Part shown: piece after piece, positions 38,677 through 48,729 of the stretch
Layout: each line of letters begins with the position of its first letter
How positions within the stretch are numbered: the stretch's first letter is position 1
DNA from: a virus
IMG/VR virus record: IMGVR_UViG_3300010885_030180
Coordinates: 1-64,000 of that record
DNA: 64,000 nucleotides
Reading direction: 5' to 3' (one strand)
The notes under the pieces: model-generated
Seen by the model: only the letters and a program-made list of their open reading frames with translations
The model's database searches: none
Told to the model about the DNA's origin: nothing
Translations under genes and position numbers: made by a program

Positions 38677-40107
38677 ATGCCTATTAAAAAGATAGAAGCA
38701 GGTCGGGTAATTACCCAGACAATAGATACCTTCATTGGACAAGAAGGTACAATCTTCTATGACGAATTCACATGTGAACTAAGATTATCCGACGGTATAA
38801 ATCCTGGCGGTATTGCTATTGGTGGTAATGGTGGTAGTTATATACTACACACCGCAACTATAACTAGACTTGGCGGCGTTAAGATTGGAGTTGGCATTAG
38901 CGTAAGTGCAGATGGTACAATATCTACAACATTACAAGATGTTACTAACAGTGGTTCCACAACTACTAATGCAATATCAATTGCCAATACTACTAATTCA
39001 ACTTCATCTACTACTGGTGCATTAGTAGTAGCTGGTGGGGTTGGTATTGGTGGCGATATTTACTTTGCTGGCAATCTTTATCAGAATGGTACATTGTTTA
39101 CTGGTGGAGGAGGTGGATCAACTTTATCTGTTGCTACAAATACTGGTTTAACTATTACTAATACAGTAATTGCTACTGTATATAATTCATTAATAAGTGA
39201 CGATGTACAAAGTGTATCAGTAGGCGGTGCTGCAAGTGCTCTTGCTTCTACTTGGAAAAGTAAGAACATTGTAGAAGTACTAGATACTATATTGTTCCCA
39301 GACGTTCTACCAACATACACTATTCCTACATTAACCGTGACAGGACCACAAAGTGGAACTAAGGAAATTGGATCTACTGTAGCACAGGCATTAACATTGA
39401 TCGGCGCTGAAGGCGATGCAAGCACATTTACTGCATTAACTTTGAGTAGAAATGGTAGTCAACTATCTACAATATCTAATCCAACAGTTTACAACTTTAC
39501 AACTATTGCTGATCAGTTTGGTTATACAAATCCTAACAATCCTAGTTACTCATATGCATTAACATATACTGATAACTTTGTTGTTGTAAGTGGAAATACA
39601 GTTTGGAGTGGTACAGGTACTTATTCAGCAGGTAGTGCTAAGAAGAACAACAAAAATGTTACTGATACTCGTACTGCACAGGTAAGAAACACAAATGCTC
39701 CTCAGTCAGCATCATCTATTAGTAGCAATAGTTTAACAGTTACAGGTATATATCCGTACTTCTGGGGCAAGTCAAATACATTGCCGACCACAGCAAGTAT
39801 CGCAGCAGCAATATTAGCAGGATCAACTAACAAGGTATTGTTAGATGCTAGCGGAACTGTTTCAGTTACTTTTGCGGCAGCAGGACAATATGTATGGATG
39901 GCACATGCAGCATCTTATACTTCTAAAACAAAATGGTTCAACACACAGTTAAATCAAGGTAACATAGGTGCAGGTAATTTTATTCTATCTCCAGTTACAC
40001 AATCAGTTTCATCACCTGATAGTTTTTGGTCAGGTGTGTCATTTAAAGTATATATTAGCAGTGGTGCTACTAATACAGATGGTATAATACAGTTTACTAA
40101 TACTTAA
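38677..40107 (+). CDS. virion structural/fibre protein
   Basis: LRLSDG..PGG, AT...LGGVKIG, STTGALVVAGGVGIGG module, Thr/Ser-rich. Confidence 0.7.
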   Translation: MPIKKIEAGRVITQTIDTFIGQEGTIFYDEFTCELRLSDGINPGGIAIGGNGGSYILHTATITRLGGVKIGVGISVSADGTISTTLQDVTNSGSTTTNAISIANTTNSTSSTTGALVVAGGVGIGGDIYFAGNLYQNGTLFTGGGGGSTLSVATNTGLTITNTVIATVYNSLISDDVQSVSVGGAASALASTWKSKNIVEVLDTILFPDVLPTYTIPTLTVTGPQSGTKEIGSTVAQALTLIGAEGDASTFTALTLSRNGSQLSTISNPTVYNFTTIADQFGYTNPNNPSYSYALTYTDNFVVVSGNTVWSGTGTYSAGSAKKNNKNVTDTRTAQVRNTNAPQSASSISSNSLTVTGIYPYFWGKSNTLPTTASIAAAILAGSTNKVLLDASGTVSVTFAAAGQYVWMAHAASYTSKTKWFNTQLNQGNIGAGNFILSPVTQSVSSPDSFWSGVSFKVYISSGATNTDGIIQFTNT

Positions 40108-40113
40108 AAAAAT

Positions 40114-42156
40114 ATGTCAATATTATTAAATGACAATTTAAATATTTCAGCTGCTAAGGCAGTTGATAGTCGGTACGGTCCCTATGCAAGTACCGCAGTT
40201 GCATTGGCTATAATTCCTGCATTCCAACGATATCAAGGTCTTGTTATTGGTGTTGTCCTATCCAATATACTAACAGAATATTGGTTTAAGGATGGAATAT
40301 TAGATACTGATCTAATAGAAAAATATACAACTGGGTATACTGGTAGTAGTGGTTATTTAGGTAGTAAGGGAAATCCCGGTACATCAGTAAAAATTGTAGG
40401 TAGTGTTGTAACAGCAGGTAGTTTACCAGCTGGATATACTGGTGATATTGGTGATGGATACATTACACAAGACCTTGGACATTTATGGGTGTGGACTGGG
40501 AGCGCCTGGGTTGATGCAGGCGAGATTAAAGGTCCAACAGGTGGTACAGGATTTACAGGTAGTATTGGTTATACTGGCAGTACAGGATATACAGGTAGTG
40601 CAGGATATAACGGATCAATAGGTTATACGGGTAGTGTTGGTTATACTGGTAGTTACGGTTATACTGGTAGCAATGGCTATACCGGCTCAATTGGATATAC
40701 TGGTAGCAATGGCTATACTGGATCAGTTGGGGATATAGGATATGCCGGTAGTAAAGGTGATGCGGGCTATACTGGTAGCGAAGGTTATACTGGTAGTATA
40801 GGAGTGGGTTACACTGGCTCTGTTGGTCAGTTAGGTTACACCGGTTCTCTTGGTATAGGCTATGCAGGGTCAATTGGCTATACAGGTAGTGTTGGCCGCG
40901 ATGGATATACAGGTAGTATTGGTAGTTTAGGTTACAGTGGTAGTAAAGGCGAGTTAGGATACTCTGGATCAACTGGCTATACAGGTAGCGTTGGCCGCGA
41001 CGGCTACTCGGGTAGTATAGGTGAAATTGGTTTCACTGGTAGTATTGGTGATTTAGGATATACTGGATCACTTGGATATGCCGGCAGTACAGGTAATTCG
41101 GGTTATACTGGTAGTATTGGAGTGGGATATGCGGGTAGTAAAGGAACTGACGGCACATCAGTTACTATCTTAGGTACTTACTATGATCTGACTGCATTGG
41201 CAGCAGCACATCCAACCGGCGCATTAGGTGATGGTTATATATTATCATATAACGGTCATTTGGCAATATGGAATGGTGCTGCCTGGGCCGATGTAGGAAA
41301 TATAACAGGCCCACAGGGAGCTGATGGGTTTGTTGGAAGTGTCGGATACTCTGGAAGTATAGGTTACAGTGGTAGCAAAGGTGATTTAGGTTACAGTGGT
41401 AGCATTGGTGGATTAGGATACACTGGTAGTATTGGTGGATTAGGTTATACTGGAAGTTTAGGATATTCAGGTAGTGTTGGCCAAGATGGATACACTGGTA
41501 GCATCGGTGGATTAGGATACACTGGTAGTATTGGTGGATTAGGTTATACTGGTAGCAACGGATACACAGGTAGTGTTGGCCGTGACGGCTACTCAGGTAG
41601 CATTGGTGGATTAGGATACACTGGTAGCAAAGGAGACTTAGGTTATACTGGTAGCAACGGATACACAGGTAGTGTTGGACGTGATGGATATACTGGTAGT
41701 GTTGGTGGATTAGGATACACTGGTAGTAAAGGAGATTTAGGATATTCTGGATCCACTGGATATTCTGGCAGTAATGGATACACTGGTAGTATTGGCGTAG
41801 GCTATGTAGGTAGTAAAGGTACCGATGGTGTAATTGGATACGACGGTAGCATAGGTTATGCAGGTAGTCGAGGACCTGGTGCTAATCAAGATTTAAACAC
41901 TACCAGCAGTGTTATATTTGCAAACTTAACAATTGGACCAACTGGAGTAATTACTTTTGCTAACGGGGCAACACAAAGCGGCCGTGCTCCTAGAATGATA
42001 ATTGATGACGACTTTATTAATGCTCCGGATTATGATATATTTTTTGCTACATTACTACCCGGTGATTTTTACTGGAGCGTATATGCTGGAACTATTATGA
42101 TTTTAGTAGATTACGGTGGATATTACGACTGGCAGGATTTAACTGTCTACGCTTAA
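40114..42156 (+). CDS. collagen-like (GYT-GSx)n fibre protein
   Basis: About 450 aa of Gly-X-Y repeats interrupted by two GDGYI...GHL..W.G..W.D.G.I.GP modules. Confidence 0.8.
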   Translation: MSILLNDNLNISAAKAVDSRYGPYASTAVALAIIPAFQRYQGLVIGVVLSNILTEYWFKDGILDTDLIEKYTTGYTGSSGYLGSKGNPGTSVKIVGSVVTAGSLPAGYTGDIGDGYITQDLGHLWVWTGSAWVDAGEIKGPTGGTGFTGSIGYTGSTGYTGSAGYNGSIGYTGSVGYTGSYGYTGSNGYTGSIGYTGSNGYTGSVGDIGYAGSKGDAGYTGSEGYTGSIGVGYTGSVGQLGYTGSLGIGYAGSIGYTGSVGRDGYTGSIGSLGYSGSKGELGYSGSTGYTGSVGRDGYSGSIGEIGFTGSIGDLGYTGSLGYAGSTGNSGYTGSIGVGYAGSKGTDGTSVTILGTYYDLTALAAAHPTGALGDGYILSYNGHLAIWNGAAWADVGNITGPQGADGFVGSVGYSGSIGYSGSKGDLGYSGSIGGLGYTGSIGGLGYTGSLGYSGSVGQDGYTGSIGGLGYTGSIGGLGYTGSNGYTGSVGRDGYSGSIGGLGYTGSKGDLGYTGSNGYTGSVGRDGYTGSVGGLGYTGSKGDLGYSGSTGYSGSNGYTGSIGVGYVGSKGTDGVIGYDGSIGYAGSRGPGANQDLNTTSSVIFANLTIGPTGVITFANGATQSGRAPRMIIDDDFINAPDYDIFFATLLPGDFYWSVYAGTIMILVDYGGYYDWQDLTVYA

Positions 42157-42173
42157 TCAATAAATATTAAGTT

Positions 42174-45100
42174 ATGGCAATTTTCTTTTATCCCTATCCC
42201 ACTACTCAACCTAATACAGTCTTATCTCAATTTGTATTAAATGACATATGGGTAAGCCAAAACGGCGCACCTGTACAGCTAACATACAATGCAATTACTA
42301 AAAAGAATGCCTGGACAAAGTATACAACACCACCAGCAGTAGGAGGAATTAGTGCGTCGATTAATGGCGGTCCACCAGTAATTGCATCAACATTAGTCAG
42401 TAATACATCTTTAACTAAAGACCAAAGTACTTCATTTGTACCAGTAACTGCTTACGGTGGTGCAGCCGTTGCATCGTCTTATACTGTCACTGGCGCTACG
42501 GTAACTGGATTAACAGCAACAATTAGTCCTGCATTACCTGCAGGTTTAACATTGAGTACTACTCTAACCGTTAAGTCGGTAACAGGTGCAGATAGCGTTC
42601 CAAGATTGTATAATTCAGTAGATGTTACAATTTCAGGTACACCCACTGTAGCAATTGCCGGTACTACTTTTATAGTTACATTTACTGATGCAGGTGGTCA
42701 AACTTCCGGAGCATCGTTTAATTTAACTGTAACTGGCCCAGTTATTCCAACTTTGGTAGCTACCCAGTCTGTAGCATCTACTTCATTAACAAAAAATGTA
42801 GCGGCCGCAGCATTTACTCCAGTTACTGGTTCAGGTGGACAAAATCCTTTAAGTTATGGAGTAAGCCCAAGTTTACCAGCAGGGTTAAGTTTTAATTCTA
42901 CTAATGGACAAATAACCGGTACTCCAACAGTTGCACTTTCTGCAACTACATTTACTGTAACGGTTACTGATAGCCTAGGGCAAACAGCCAGTAACACATT
43001 TAGTTTAACAGTAGTAAATCCACCAGCATTGGTATTATCTCAATCAGTTACCACTAAAGATTTAACACAAAATGTAGCGATAACAGCATTTATTCCAGTA
43101 AGTGCAACAGGCGGATATGGAACACTTACTTATAGTATAAGTCCAACATTACCTGCAGGATTAAGTTTTAGTATTGTTACTGGACAGATTAGCGGAACAC
43201 CTACTGTATCTAGTGCTGCTAACAATTACACGGTAACTATTACTGATACACTTGCACAATCAGTTAATGCAACATTTTCGTTAAGTGTTACTCCTGCGCA
43301 AGTAATAACAGTACAGGCTGTACCAAATACAACACTAACACAAAAGATTGTTGCAACAGAATTTACTCCTGTTACGGGCAGTGGCGGCACCGGCACACTA
43401 ACTTATGCAGTTAGTCCATCATTACCAACTGGATTGAGTTTCAATAGTTCAAACGGTTTAATATCTGGTACTCCAACTGTAACTTCTGGCCTTACTGTTT
43501 ATACAGTAACCGTAACTGATTCACAGACACAAACCAGCAGTAAGACATTTAGTTTAACAGTTAACGCACCACCTGCATTAAGTACTACTCAAGCAATTGC
43601 TACAAAATCGTTGTCGCAAAATGCAGTAGCAACACCATTTATACCTGTAACTGCAACGGGTGGTGTTCCTTCATTGGTATTTGCAATTAGCCCAGCACTA
43701 CCAGCAGGATTAACATTTAGTAGCACTACTGGACAAGTTTCTGGAACACCAAGTGTTGCCACTATTGCTACTACCTATACTGTTACTGTTACTGATGCGG
43801 TAGCTCAAACTAGTAGTAAGACATTTCTTTTAAATGTAGATGCGGTATCTTTAACTACTACACTGGTAGTTCCTACTACTGTATTATTGCAAAATGATCT
43901 AGCAGCATCATTTACTCCTGTAACAGGCAGCGGCGGTATTGGTACATTAAATTATGCTGTCAGTCCTGCACTACCAACTGGATTGACATTTAACACTAAT
44001 AATGGTTTAATAAGTGGTACACCTACTGTTATTTTAGCAACTACTAATTTCACAGTAACCGTTACCGATAGCAATAATATACCACAGAGTAGCAGCAAGA
44101 CATTTAGTCTAACTGTTAATCCAAAAGCAGTAGTTACTGTACAGGCCGTTCCTAGCACAGTAATAACTCAAAATATTAGTATTACTCCGTTTATTCCTGT
44201 AACAGCTAGTGGAGGTACCGGCACATTAACTTATGCGGTTAGTCCTGCATTACCAACTGGATTGAGTTTTAATACTGTCAATGGACAGATTAGTGGAAAC
44301 TCCGGTTCTGTACTAAGTCAAACTACATATACCGTTACAGTTACAGATTCTAATACTGTACCTCAAAGCAGTAGTAAAACATTTACATTAACTGTTAATG
44401 CATTACCTGCACTTACTACTACATTGGTACAGGCTACAGCAACTTTAACTCAGAATACAGCAGTAACAGCATTTATTCCAGTAACAGGTACAGGTGGGTA
44501 TGGAACGCTTGCTTATAGTATAAGTCCTGCATTACCGAGCGGATTAAGTTTTAATACTTCAAATGGTCAAGTAACTGGAACTCCATCGGTTCTTAGTGGA
44601 ACCACTAATTATATAGTAACGGTCACTGACGGTGCATCACAATCTAGTAACAAGACATTTAGTTTAACAGTCAATGCTGGACCTATTGTTACAACAGTAT
44701 TGGTAGCCGCTCAAACAATCACTCAGTATATACTGGCTACTACATTTAAACCAGTTAATGGTACAGGCGGATATGGAACATTATTATATAGTGTTAGTCC
44801 AACATTACCAAGTGGATTAAATTTAAATAGTTCAACTGGTTTTATTACTGGTACTCCTACAGTTGTACAAGGTGCAACTACCTATACTATAACAGTTACT
44901 GATTCAGTACCACAGACCAGTAGTAAGACATTTACATTAACTGTAGAAGCACCTCCGGCAATATCTACAGTTTTAGCAGTCCCAACTAGTGCATTAACGA
45001 TTGGTGTTGCAGCAAGTGCATTTACTCCGGTAACTGCTACTGGCGGATATGGCACATTGTCATATGCTATTGGTACTAGCTTACCGGGTGGATTAATATT

Positions 45101-48100
45101 TAATACTTCAACCGGAGTAGTAAGTGGTACTCCTACAGTAATATCAAGTAGTAATCCTTATACCGTTACAGTTACTGACACGCTATCACAACTTAGCAGC
45201 AAAACATTTAGTTTATCGGTAAGTTATCCTTTATTGAGTACTACTCAGGTAATTGCTACTAAAACTATTACACAGAATATCGATACAGCATCATTTACAC
45301 CGGTTACATATACTGGTGGTTATGGGGCTGTTGCATATTCCATTGCTCCTGCTTTACCAAGTGGACTGGCAATTAATACATCCACTGGATTGATCAGTGG
45401 AATAGCAATTACATCTAGTACTGTTGCCCTTTATACAGTTACCGCTACTGATGCCGCGGCGCAAACTAGTAGTAAGGGATTTAGTTTAACTGTATTACCT
45501 GAACCACCACCTCCAGCGGTAGTTGCTACACTATCAACATCAAGCTATTCGTTTGTTAAAAATGTAGCCGTTACTACATTTACTCCTGTAGTAGGTAGTG
45601 GTGGTAAGGGTACTCTTTCGTATTCTATTGATATTGGATTACCTAGCGGATTAACTTTCATTCCAACTACAGGACAGATATTAGGAACACCAACTGGTAC
45701 AAGTAACACTACTACATACTCAGTAACAGTTACTGATTCAATATCACAGACTGCTAGTAAGTCGTTTAGTATCTATGTGGCGCCACCACCACCTCCACCT
45801 GCATTAGTTGTAACAGCCACAATTGTTACAAAAACATTAATAAAGAATGTAGCAGCAACAGCATTTATTCCAGTAACTGCCACCGGAGGAGTTGGAGCAT
45901 ATACATTTAATGTTAGTCCAAGTTTACCAACAGGATTAACTTTCTTAAGTTCCAATGGACAGATTATTGGTACTCCAAGTAGCACCAGTTCTACAGCTAC
46001 TTATAGTATAACTGTTGCAGATACAGTACCACAATATAATACAGCAACATTCTTATTAAATGTAATTAATCCGCCTGCGTTAGCCACCACCGCTACTGCG
46101 GCTACTTTCTCATTGCAGAAAGATGTTACAATTTCTGCATTTTATCCTGTAACTGCAACAGGCGGTTATGGAACACTTACTTATAGTATAAGTCCAACAT
46201 TACCAAGTGGATTGAGTTTTAATTCTACAAATGGTCAGGTAACTGGTACTCCAACAATATATAATGCTAGTACCAGTTATACAATAACAGTAACTGATCA
46301 AGCAGCACAATCAAGCAGCACAGCAGTTTCAATAAGTGTGATACCTGCGTCATTGGTTACAACATTAGCAGTAACATCTAGCACATTTGTTAATGGAGTT
46401 ACTATTACAGCGGTTACTCCAGTAACTGCAACAGGTGGATATACTCCGTACACATATGAAATAAGTTCACCGTTGCCTACCGGATTGGCATTTAGTACAA
46501 GTACAGGGCAAATAACAGGTAAACCTACCGCATCAATATCTGCCACACCATTTACTATAACAGTTAAAGATTTTGGAGTTACTCAAGCTAGCAGCAAGGT
46601 TTATACATTAACAGTTAATAATCCACCTGCATTAGTTACTGTACAGGATGTTCCTACAGTTAGTTTAACTAGATATGTTGATGTTGCAAATGTATCACCT
46701 GTGAGTGCTAGTGGTGGTTACGGAACTATTTCTTTTGCAATTACTCCTACATTGCCTAGTGGATTAAGTTTCAATGCATCAAATGGTAAGATCACCGGAA
46801 CTCCTACACAATTAGATAATCGTGTATATACTATAACTGCCGCGGATTCTTTAGGGCAAACTAGCAGCAAGACATTTACATTATCAGTTGTACCTGTTCC
46901 AATTGTTACAACATTAGCAGTAGCCAGTAAAAATCTACAGGTACTTGAGTTAGCTACTCCTTTTACTCCTGTTACTGCAACAGATGGGTCAGGTACATTA
47001 ACCTGGGCAATAGATAAACTATTACCAAGTGGACTTACAATCAGTACATCTACTGGTTTAATTAGCGGAACTCCTTCTGTAATAAGTTCATTAACAAACT
47101 ATGCGGTTACTGTTTCAGATGCAAGTACCTCTAGTAGCAAAACATTTAGTTTATTAATTGACTTTTTACCATTAACCGTTGAACAATTAATTACAGTTAA
47201 TACATTAACACAAAATGTAGCAGCGGTTGCATTTAAACCAGTTAATGCTATTGGTGGTGTTGGTACTTTAGTATATTCAACTGTACCTAGTTTGCAGGCC
47301 GGCCTTAGTATCAATACCAGCACCGGTTATATCAGTGGTACTCCTACTATTGTAACTGCTGGTACTGTGTATTCAGTAGTTGCAACGGATACTATAAGCA
47401 ATGTCAATAGTAGTACATTTACTTTAGTTGTTAATGCACCGCCTGCATTAACTACTACCGTAACTACTAGTTCTATCTCACTTACAGTTAATAACGGTGT
47501 TGTTCCTAATATTAGACCAATATTAGGTACAGGTGGATATGGATCACTACGTTATAGTCTTAATAATTCTCCTATCTTTCCTCAAGGATTAACATTTAAT
47601 ACAAGTACTGGATATATCAGTGGTACTCCAACATTATTAGGGTCTGTACAAACATATACAGTTACCGTAAGAGACGATCTATCTCAAGTTAGTACACAGA
47701 CATTTAATTTACAAGTAATTCCACTTCCGATTACTATTACAGTACCTTATCCTACAGCAGCATTAACACAGTATACTCAAGTTACACCATTTGTTCCTGT
47801 AGTAGGCACACTTGGTTATGGTGCATTGACCTATAGTATAAATCCACCATTATCAACGGGATTAAATTTTGATATCAATACTGGAGAAGTTAGCGGCACA
47901 CCTACCAGTACAGTCGGTGATGCTGTACATTATGTAACTGTTACTGACCAAGCTGGACAAAATAATACTGGAACAACTACTATTGTTATTAGTGATAATC
48001 CACCTCCTACATTATTGGCAGTATTACAATCTTCTTATATTGCGTTAACATTGGGTGAATTATCTGAGACAATACCAGTAACTGGTAGTAGCGGTTATGG

Positions 48101-48695
48101 CACATATAGTTATTCAATAAGTCCTAGTCAGTTGCCAGCTGGACTAACATTTAATACAGTTAACGGATTAATTAGTGGAACGCCTACAGCAGTATTCACA
48201 AGTACAAGTTTTACTATTACTGTAACTGACGGTGTTCCACAAACAGCAATACAATCTTTTAATTTAGCAGTAATAGAGGCTATAGTAACACAGGGCAAGG
48301 GATATACAGGTAGTCGTGGATATACAGGTTCAATAGGCGTAGGATACACTGGCAGTAAAGGCAATATTGGCTATATAGGTAGTTTTGGCTACACGGGCTC
48401 AATTGGTTATACCGGTAGTGCTGGTCAAAATGGTTATACCGGATCAGCAAGTACCGCAAGTGGATATACCGGTTCAATTGGCGCAGGGTACACTGGTTCG
48501 GTTGGCAACACAGGTACTGGATATACTGGATCTATTGGAATAGGATATACTGGTAGTCGAGGTTATGTAGGTAGCAAAGGTGAAAAAGGCGACCCGGGAA
48601 CAGGTGGTGGCGGCGGCTATTTTGGTAACTTTGACGGAGGTCAACCTGACTCTAATTATGGTGGAATCACTAGTATCGATGCTGGTGGGGTCTAG
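42174..48695 (+). CDS. giant putative-Ig (He_PIG-like) repeat protein with C-terminal GYTGS tract
   Basis: About 21 repeats of about 93 aa (F.PVT..GG.G.L.Y...P.LP.GL.F....G.I.GTPT......Y.VTVTD), ATAAATA upstream. Confidence 0.85.
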   Translation: MAIFFYPYPTTQPNTVLSQFVLNDIWVSQNGAPVQLTYNAITKKNAWTKYTTPPAVGGISASINGGPPVIASTLVSNTSLTKDQSTSFVPVTAYGGAAVASSYTVTGATVTGLTATISPALPAGLTLSTTLTVKSVTGADSVPRLYNSVDVTISGTPTVAIAGTTFIVTFTDAGGQTSGASFNLTVTGPVIPTLVATQSVASTSLTKNVAAAAFTPVTGSGGQNPLSYGVSPSLPAGLSFNSTNGQITGTPTVALSATTFTVTVTDSLGQTASNTFSLTVVNPPALVLSQSVTTKDLTQNVAITAFIPVSATGGYGTLTYSISPTLPAGLSFSIVTGQISGTPTVSSAANNYTVTITDTLAQSVNATFSLSVTPAQVITVQAVPNTTLTQKIVATEFTPVTGSGGTGTLTYAVSPSLPTGLSFNSSNGLISGTPTVTSGLTVYTVTVTDSQTQTSSKTFSLTVNAPPALSTTQAIATKSLSQNAVATPFIPVTATGGVPSLVFAISPALPAGLTFSSTTGQVSGTPSVATIATTYTVTVTDAVAQTSSKTFLLNVDAVSLTTTLVVPTTVLLQNDLAASFTPVTGSGGIGTLNYAVSPALPTGLTFNTNNGLISGTPTVILATTNFTVTVTDSNNIPQSSSKTFSLTVNPKAVVTVQAVPSTVITQNISITPFIPVTASGGTGTLTYAVSPALPTGLSFNTVNGQISGNSGSVLSQTTYTVTVTDSNTVPQSSSKTFTLTVNALPALTTTLVQATATLTQNTAVTAFIPVTGTGGYGTLAYSISPALPSGLSFNTSNGQVTGTPSVLSGTTNYIVTVTDGASQSSNKTFSLTVNAGPIVTTVLVAAQTITQYILATTFKPVNGTGGYGTLLYSVSPTLPSGLNLNSSTGFITGTPTVVQGATTYTITVTDSVPQTSSKTFTLTVEAPPAISTVLAVPTSALTIGVAASAFTPVTATGGYGTLSYAIGTSLPGGLIFNTSTGVVSGTPTVISSSNPYTVTVTDTLSQLSSKTFSLSVSYPLLSTTQVIATKTITQNIDTASFTPVTYTGGYGAVAYSIAPALPSGLAINTSTGLISGIAITSSTVALYTVTATDAAAQTSSKGFSLTVLPEPPPPAVVATLSTSSYSFVKNVAVTTFTPVVGSGGKGTLSYSIDIGLPSGLTFIPTTGQILGTPTGTSNTTTYSVTVTDSISQTASKSFSIYVAPPPPPPALVVTATIVTKTLIKNVAATAFIPVTATGGVGAYTFNVSPSLPTGLTFLSSNGQIIGTPSSTSSTATYSITVADTVPQYNTATFLLNVINPPALATTATAATFSLQKDVTISAFYPVTATGGYGTLTYSISPTLPSGLSFNSTNGQVTGTPTIYNASTSYTITVTDQAAQSSSTAVSISVIPASLVTTLAVTSSTFVNGVTITAVTPVTATGGYTPYTYEISSPLPTGLAFSTSTGQITGKPTASISATPFTITVKDFGVTQASSKVYTLTVNNPPALVTVQDVPTVSLTRYVDVANVSPVSASGGYGTISFAITPTLPSGLSFNASNGKITGTPTQLDNRVYTITAADSLGQTSSKTFTLSVVPVPIVTTLAVASKNLQVLELATPFTPVTATDGSGTLTWAIDKLLPSGLTISTSTGLISGTPSVISSLTNYAVTVSDASTSSSKTFSLLIDFLPLTVEQLITVNTLTQNVAAVAFKPVNAIGGVGTLVYSTVPSLQAGLSINTSTGYISGTPTIVTAGTVYSVVATDTISNVNSSTFTLVVNAPPALTTTVTTSSISLTVNNGVVPNIRPILGTGGYGSLRYSLNNSPIFPQGLTFNTSTGYISGTPTLLGSVQTYTVTVRDDLSQVSTQTFNLQVIPLPITITVPYPTAALTQYTQVTPFVPVVGTLGYGALTYSINPPLSTGLNFDINTGEVSGTPTSTVGDAVHYVTVTDQAGQNNTGTTTIVISDNPPPTLLAVLQSSYIALTLGELSETIPVTGSSGYGTYSYSISPSQLPAGLTFNTVNGLISGTPTAVFTSTSFTITVTDGVPQTAIQSFNLAVIEAIVTQGKGYTGSRGYTGSIGVGYTGSKGNIGYIGSFGYTGSIGYTGSAGQNGYTGSASTASGYTGSIGAGYTGSVGNTGTGYTGSIGIGYTGSRGYVGSKGEKGDPGTGGGGGYFGNFDGGQPDSNYGGITSIDAGGV

Positions 48696-48729
48696 GATAA
48701 ATATCGTACAGCAGATATAAAAGGTAAAA

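Noticed and set aside
40320-41880. Highly periodic ggttatactggtag-type DNA repeats resembling a CRISPR array or satellite
   Set aside because: They are in-frame codons for GYTGS with free synonymous variation. There are no unique spacers and no cas genes.
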